Positions 61,921 through 64,000 of a stretch of 64,000 nt of DNA are shown here, piece after piece. The position numbers and the translations under genes are program-made. Source of the stretch: Blepharisma stoltei ATCC 30299. Taxonomy: Eukaryota > Protista > Ciliophora. The stretch is taken from positions 186,001-250,000 of the forward strand of contig CBFDEM010000008.1 of assembly GCA_965603825.1 (NCBI GenBank), given 5' to 3'. Below the pieces are notes generated by a model. The model was not told the origin of the DNA and did not search any database. It saw only the letters and a program-made list of their open reading frames with translations. Every line of letters begins with the position of its first letter. Within the stretch, counting starts at the first letter, position 1.

Positions 61921-64000
61921 GGTGTTAGGGTGTTAGGGTGTTAGGGGTGTTAGGGTGTTAGGGTGTTAGGGTGTTAGGGTGTTAGGGTGTTAGGGTGTTA
62001 GGGTGTTAGGGTGTTAGGGTGTTAGGGTGTTAGGGTGTTAGGGTGTTAGGGTGTTAGGGTGTTAGGGTGTTAGGGTGTTAGGGTGTGTTAGGGTGTTAGG
62101 GTGTTAGGGTGTTAGGGGTGTTAGGGTGTTAGGGTGTTAGGGTGTTAGGGTGTTAGGGTGTTAGGGTGTTAGGGTGTTAGGGTGTTAGGGTGTTAGGGTG
62201 TTAGGGTGTTAGGGTGTTAGGGTGTTAGGGGGTGTTAGGGTGTTAGGGTGTTAGGGTGTTAGGGTGTTAGGGTGTTAGGGTGTTAGGGTGTTAGGGTGTT
62301 AGGGTGTTAGGGGTGTTAGGGTGTTAGGGTGTTAGGGTGTTAGGGTGTTAGGGTGTTAGGGTGTTAGGGTGTTAGGGTGTTAGGGTGTTAGGGTGTTAGG
62401 GTGTTAGGGTGTTAGGGTGTTAGGGTGTTAGGGTGTTAGGGTGTTAGGGTGTTAGGGTGTTAGGGTGTTAGGGTGTTAGGGTGTTAGGGTGTTAGGGTGT
62501 TAGGGTGTTAGGGTGTTAGGGTGTTAGGGTGTTAGGGTGTTAGGGTGTTAGGGTGTTAGGGTGTTAGGGTGTTAGGGTGTTAGGGTGTTAGGGTGTTAGG
62601 GTGTTAGGGTGTTAGGGTGTTAGGGTGTTAGGGTGTTAGGGTGTTAGGGTGTTAGGGTGTTAGGGTGTTAGGGTGTTAGGGTGTTAGGGTGTTAGGGTGT
62701 TAGGGTGTTAGGGTGTTAGGGTGTTAGGGTGTTAGGGTGTTAGGGTGTTAGGGTGTTAGGGTGTTAGGGTGTTAGGGTGTTAGGGTGTTAGGGTGTTAGG
62801 GTGTTAGGGTGTTAGGGTGTTAGGGTGTTAGGGTGTTAGGGTGTTAGGGTGTTAGGGTGTTAGGGTGTTAGGGTGTTAGGGTGTTAGGGTGTTAGGGTGT
62901 TAGGGTGTTAGGGTGTTAGGGTGTTAGGGTGTTAGGGTGTTAGGGTGTTAGGGTGTTAGGGTGTTAGGGTGTTAGGGTGTTAGGGTTAGGGTGTTAGGGT
63001 TAGGGTGTTAGGGTGTTAGGGTGTTAGGGTGTTAGGGTGTTAGGGTGTTAGGGTGTTAGGGTGTTAGGGTGTTAGGGTGTTAGGGTGTTAGGGTGTTAGG
63101 GTGTTAGGGTGTTAGGGTGTTAGGGTGTTAGGGTGTTAGGGTGTTAGGGTGTTAGGGTGTTAGGGTGTTAGGGTGTTAGGGTGTTAGGGTGTTAGGGTGT
63201 TAGGGTGTTAGGGTGTTAGGGTGTTAGGGTGTTAGGGTGTTAGGGTGTTAGGGTGTTAGGGTGTTAGGGTGTTAGGGTGTTAGGGTGTTAGGGTGTTAGG
63301 GTGTTAGGGTGTTAGGGTGTTAGGGTGTTAGGGTGTTAGGGTGTTAGGGTGTTAGGGTGTTAGGGTGTTAGGGTGTTAGGGTGTTAGGGTGTTAGGGTGT
63401 TAGGGTGTTAGGGTGTTAGGGTGTTAGGGTGTTAGGGTGTTAGGGTGTTAGGGTGTTAGGGTGTTAGGGTGTTAGGGTGTTAGGGTGTTAGGGTGTTAGG
63501 GTGTTAGGGTGTTAGGGTGTTAGGGTGTTAGGGTGTTAGGGTGTTAGGGTGTTAGGGTGTTAGGGTGTTAGGGTGTTAGGGTGTTAGGGTGTTAGGGTGT
63601 TAGGGTGTTAGGGTGTTAGGGTGTTAGGGTGTTAGGGTGTTAGGGTGTTAGGGTGTTAGGGTGTTAGGGTGTTAGGGTGTTAGGGTGTTAGGGTGTTAGG
63701 GTGTTAGGGTGTTAGGGTGTTAGGGTGTTAGGGTGTTAGGGTGTTAGGGTGTTAGGGTGTTAGGGTGTTAGGGTGTTAGGGTGTTAGGGTGTTAGGGTGT
63801 TAGGGTGTTAGGGTGTTAGGGTGTTAGGGTGTTAGGGTGTTAGGGTGTTAGGGTGTTAGGGTGTTAGGGTGTTAGGGTGTTAGGGTGTTAGGGTGTTAGG
63901 GTGTTAGGGTGTTAGGGTGTTAGGGTGTTAGGGTGTTAGGGTGTTAGGGTGTTAGGGTGTTAGGGTGTTAGGGTGTTAGGGTGTTAGGGTGTTAGGGTGT
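61914..64000 (+). repeat. Telomeric array (TGTTAGGG)n = (CCCTAACA)n, at least 2.08 kb
   Basis: Direct reading. G-rich strand runs 5'-3' toward the end; this 8-mer is the repeat known from heterotrich ciliates (Stentor, Blepharisma). Confidence 0.98.

Overview
AT-rich, intron-poor eukaryotic DNA ending in about 2.1 kb of (TGTTAGGG)n telomere. In-frame TGA reads as Trp throughout, introns are 15 nt, and the telomere is CCCTAACA-type. Together these point to a macronuclear chromosome end of a Blepharisma-like heterotrich ciliate, so the supplied ORF track (standard code) is artificially fragmented. Left half: a Cys-rich multipass membrane gene, a 3133-aa Cys-repeat/REJ-like/GPS membrane protein, a DDX11/Chl1-type helicase, three Zn-motif+TPR paralogs, kelch-like genes (one fused to TPRs), a kinase relic, and a papain-family gene with a substituted catalytic Cys and one in-frame TAG. 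Right half (31.2-61.5 kb): an array of about 14 compact USP-type (peptidase C19) loci that are active, catalytically dead, membrane-anchored or decayed and mostly share one 15-nt intron. The array is interleaved with a divergent ubiquitin-like gene ending GG-F and a decayed copy of it. This UBL+USP array is the best candidate for an undescribed system. The telomere is added inside a coding sequence. All calls come from manual translation and motif recognition; no searches were run.
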